Shown here in pieces: positions 59,658 through 64,000 of a DNA stretch of 64,000 nucleotides (its first letter is position 1; the number at the start of each line of letters is the position of its first letter). The translations under genes and the position numbers were made by a program. The notes below the pieces were generated by a model. That model searched no databases and was not told the DNA's origin. It saw only the letters and a list, made by a program, of their open reading frames with translations. This DNA is from Squalus acanthias (taxonomy: Eukaryota). The DNA lies in assembly GCA_030390025.1 (NCBI GenBank), contig CM059430.1, forward strand, positions 75,702,001 to 75,766,000. The letters run 5' to 3'.

Positions 59658-62600
59658 ACAACCCCAGCTTCCCCAGTCTATCCAAATAACTGAAGTCCCT
59701 CATCACTGGAACCATTCTTGTAAATCTTTTCTGCACCCTCTCTAAGGCCTTCACATCCTTCCTAAAGTGAGGTGCCCAGAACTGAACACAATACTCCAGT
59801 TGAGGGCGAACCAGTGTTTCATCATCACTTCCTTGCTTTTGTTCTCTTTGCCTCTATTTATAAAGCCCAGGATCTCGTAAGTTTTTTAACCGCTTTCTCA
59901 ACCTGCCCTGTCACCATCAAAGATTTGTGCACATAAACCCCCAGGACTCTCTGTTCCTGCTGCCCTTTTAGAATTATACCCTTTAGTTTATATTTCCTCT
60001 CCTGGTTCTTCCTACCAAAATGTGTTACTTTGCAATTTTCTGCGTTAAATTTCAACTGCCACGTGTCCGCCCATTACACCAGCCTGTCTATGTCCTCTTG
60101 AAGTCTATCACTGTACTCTCACTATTGTTAAGGAGTCTCTTCTCCTGCAAGGAGGGAAATAATATAACTTTGAGTGAGAAAAATGCAATGAGTGTAAGGA
60201 ATGAATGGGCTACATCTGTAGGGGGTATCTGTGAGGGAGTGGCTTGACATTGCCAAAGGGTGAGTGTCCGGGTGGTTAGTCAGATAGGGATGTGAGTATG
60301 TACATAGAGAGAGAGGAATGGGTGGACCTGCAAGGTAGTATGGCGTGAGGAATGATGTGCAGGAGTAGCCTTGGGAAGCCAGAGTGATGGGGATATGGTG
60401 ACAGGCACATCAGGATGAAGGTGAGTGTGGCATTGAACTCACCCTTCCTGAACTCATGAGACCATTGAATTTTTCCTGCACTGGATCCACACGTATGCCA
60501 GAGAGGCAGCGCGCATGCAGCGTACTTCCGGGTTTTTTCAGGTTTCTCCATTAGGGTAAATACGGAGAAGCTGCGCGGGAACAATGGAGGGCAAGGCCTG
60601 CTTTTCACAAGGTATGTAGCGAATTAATTACAATTTAAACATTTTTTTCAACAGGTTTATCTTTTTTACATACAGTAAAGAAAGGTAAGTTTATTTTTAG
60701 TACTGTTAAAAAGTGTAATTAATTTTTTCAAAAATTAAAATTTTTGTTTGAAGTAGTTAATTTATATAATTTATAGTTATTTTAAAAATGTGATGCTGTT
60801 TTTTTAATTTATTTGAAGTTTTAAGTGAGGTTTTGGGGCCGATCTCTATTCATAGATTTGACATGTCATCCTGTCAAAATCTATGAATGGAGATTCCCTG
60901 CTCCCATTGGCTCTCCATGGCCCAAGTGATGCCAGGGGCCGCTTCGAACTAACTGCGCACCTCTTATATGCAAGCACTGCGCGCCGCCAGCTGCAGGAGG
61001 CCCAGGAGCCGAAGTCCATGCGGGCCCGAAGCACAACGGCAGGAGCGCTAGGTAAGTATGCGCGTGATCCTTGCACCCGCGGGAAGCCGGAGAGCCGAAT
61101 ATCTGGCCCGATATGTTTTAACGGAACTAAAAATAAACTTACTTTATTGGTCAGGGTTTTTAATGTATAAATGAGTGGTAAAATTTTATTTTATTTTTTA
61201 AAACTCTTATGCTGCTAATTGCAGGCCTTATGCCTGCTTTTAGCAAGCATAAGAATTTCACGGTCATTCAGCGGGCGGAAGTTCGGCAAAAAGCGCAACT
61301 CTCCACCTGCGTAGGCCCATCTCCCAGGGACGCAAGGATCTGTCAAGAAGTTTCTTGACATATCGCCAGTTCCGGGTTTTTGCGCAAGCGCTTCGCATAC
61401 TTAAACCCGGAACTTGTGCGTCCTCTATAGGCATGTACACACCACATACGCACCCATAGGGGGTCGCAAAATAGGGCCCATTTTCTTCTTTAGTGAAGAC
61501 GGATGTAAAGTAGTAATTTAGTACCTCTTCACTCTACTATATTTCCAAGTTTCGTGTCATCTGCAAACTTTGAAATTATGATCTGTATATCCAAGTCCAG
61601 ATCATTACTATATATCAAAAAGGGAAGTGGTCTTAATACCACCCCTGAGGAATATCACTGTATAGTTCAGTCCTATCTTAAAAACAACCGGTAACCTGCA
61701 CTCTCTGCTTTCTGTCGCTTATCATTTCACATCCAAACGGCCACTGTCCCTTTAATCCCATGAGCTTCAGTTTTGCTAACAGCTCTATTATGTGGCACTT
61801 TATCAAACGCCCTTTGAAAGGCCATATGCACAACATCAGGCGCACAACCTTCATGAACCCTCTCTGATATTTCAGTAAAGAAAGCAATCAAGTTTGTGGG
61901 ACACGATTTTCCTTCAACAAATCATGGTAGCTGCTATTTATTCATCCAATTTTTTGCCAGGTGACCATTTTGCCAGGATTATTGTCTCTAAAAGTTTTCC
62001 GCTCCCTGACATTAGGCTGATTGCCATGTAATTACCGGTTTATTCCCCCTCCCTTTTTGAACAGGGGAGTAAATTTTGCAATCCCTAAGCCCTCGAGCAC
62101 CAATCCCATATCCAAGAAAGATTGAAACATTGTGGATATAGCCTCCGCTATTTCCATCCTTACCTGCCTCAGTAACCTGGAATGCATCCCATCCCGACGT
62201 GGTGACTTTTCCGCTTTGAGCTCCTCCAGCATTTTCAATACCTCGGGCCGTATATTTCGATCCCTACGGGTGTGTACGGGTGTTCAGGCATGCACAGCGC
62301 AAGCGCTGAAAACCAGCATTTCCGATCTGTCAAGAATGCACTTGACAGATCGGACGCCTGCCCTGGAGAAGGGCCTCCACAGGCAGAGAGTTCCACTTTC
62401 TGGAGACCCTCCGCCCACAGAAAACCCTTACAATTCTTACGCCTGGCAAAAGCAGGCATGAGGCCTGCTTTTATCAGGATAAGAGTTGAAAAAAGTTTGA
62501 AAACATTTTCACTCATTTATCATTTAAATATACTTTAAAAAAGGTAAGTTTATTTTTAGCCCTGTCAAAAACTTTAATTATTTTTTTAAATCACATATTT

Positions 62601-64000
62601 GTTTAAAATATTTAATTTAGTGTAATTCCAACTAATTTTAAAAGGTGATTTTTAAAAAAAATATTTAATGTTTAACTATGTTTTTGAGGTGATCTCCATT
62701 CATATATTTAACAGGTCTACCTGTCAAGATTCCCTTCTCCTATAGGCTCTCCATGGCCCACGTGATCCCAGGGACGCTTGCGAGCCCCATGCGACTCTGG
62801 GAAACGTGGGCCCTGTGCACTTGGAATTTGGAGTGGCCCAGGATCTGAAGTACAGCTCCCTCGGGAGCCCTCAGGTAAGTTCGTAGATACTCCGCACGCA
62901 GCAGGCCTCCGATCGGAAAATAGGACCCCTCCTCTTTATCTATTTTTACCCTATTCATTGTCTCTACTGCCTCCTCATTTATTCTGACATTGGCAGGCAT
63001 CCTCTTGCTTTGTGAAGACAGATGCAAAGTATTCATTTAGTACCTCAGCCATGTACTCTGCCTCCACAAGATGATTTCATTTTTGTTCCCTAATCGGCCC
63101 CATTGATTATTTTACTATCCTGGTAGATAAATCCGAAATCAGAACGCCATGATCGCTTAGTAGTTTGAGTCATTTGGAAACTAATAGAAATGTGGATATT
63201 ATCTTTGTGGGTAATAAATTCATCTTGGGCGGTAGTGCACAATGAGCAATATCGAATAGGTTGCCTGTTTTGCACTTGAATTTCCTTTCCATTGAAGTCT
63301 TGCCACAGGGATTGTGTTGGGTGGAAGGAGTCGAGCAAAGGATGTTTCAGGTCCACATGAGAGGGCTAACCTGGATTTCAATTAACGTCTCATCCGCAAG
63401 ACGGCACCTCCAACAGTGCAGCACTCCTTCAGTACTGCACGGAAGTGTCAGCCGGGAGTATAAACTCAAATCTTTGGTTAGGTTACTATTGGCCACTTGA
63501 AAAATTTTCGAATTTATTTTTCAAAAAGTTAGATTTTTGTTTTAAATATTTAATTAAATTGTATTTTAATTAATTTTTACCATGTGATGATTTATTTTTA
63601 TTTCAGTCTTGTGAAAATGCATTTGTAGACGATTCCTATTATGCTTATGGGGAATCCATACATAATTGGAATCTCAATATGCATAATGGGAATTCCCCTT
63701 TGGGATTGGTTGGGCTGGCCCACGTCATCATAGGGATGCTTGCGAACTGTCTGCTTCCCAGAAAGTAACTAAAGTAAGAACTATTTTTCGAAGAGTGGCT
63801 ACAGAAGCAACACCAGTTGGATTGCAAATGTGTCTGAGTGATATAATGGGAGAGCTGGGGTACTAAGATGTCATCCAATCGGATTCATCTCGTATTCTCC
63901 ACCTCTGTTTTGAAACAATGATGCGTCCTTGACTTTCACCAAAGAGTTTCAATTAAAAAAGCATAATCGTGAAGACAGATGATAAAGTGAGGCACTCATT

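Larger units (their letters stand above)
54904..60490. mobile_element. PIF/Harbinger transposon: HARBI1-like transposase (+, ~55760-56770) and convergent Myb/SANT gene (-), interrupted by CR1s at 58310-60120
   Basis: [57 protein letters not shown]; QCRKKFN. Confidence 0.9.
54103..64000 (+). repeat. Segmental duplication, copy 2 (runs off the window)
   Basis: agtggactacaagaatgaac..gataaagtgaggcactcatt matches 4-5970, with copy-specific indels. Confidence 0.95.

Overview
Vertebrate genomic DNA, very probably from a cartilaginous fish (inferred from shark-type CR1 LINEs with (TTCTATGT)n-like tails, Deu-domain SINEs, Penelope and PIF/Harbinger families). Most of the window is nested transposable elements. 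Between them lie two same-strand spliced Ig-superfamily receptor genes with the layout leader - one V exon with a built-in J-like GxGSxLxV strand - C1-set exon - TM exon carrying an Arg - short tail, and no RSS. Gene A (10764-23769) looks intact (about 266 aa), provided it uses a cryptic acceptor. Gene B (37716-~46125) has a frameshift, a stop and a lost donor in its C1/TM exons but intact leader and V exons. They look like non-rearranging antigen-receptor-like (NKp30-like VJ plus C1) activating receptors. Bases ~4-5970 recur at ~54103-64000, so the A+B pair appears to be the unit of a ~54 kb tandem array. Two minimal hammerhead ribozyme motifs of Penelope origin are present, one as a 96-bp insertion specific to the second copy. 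Exon boundaries were read by hand; repeat boundaries are approximate.
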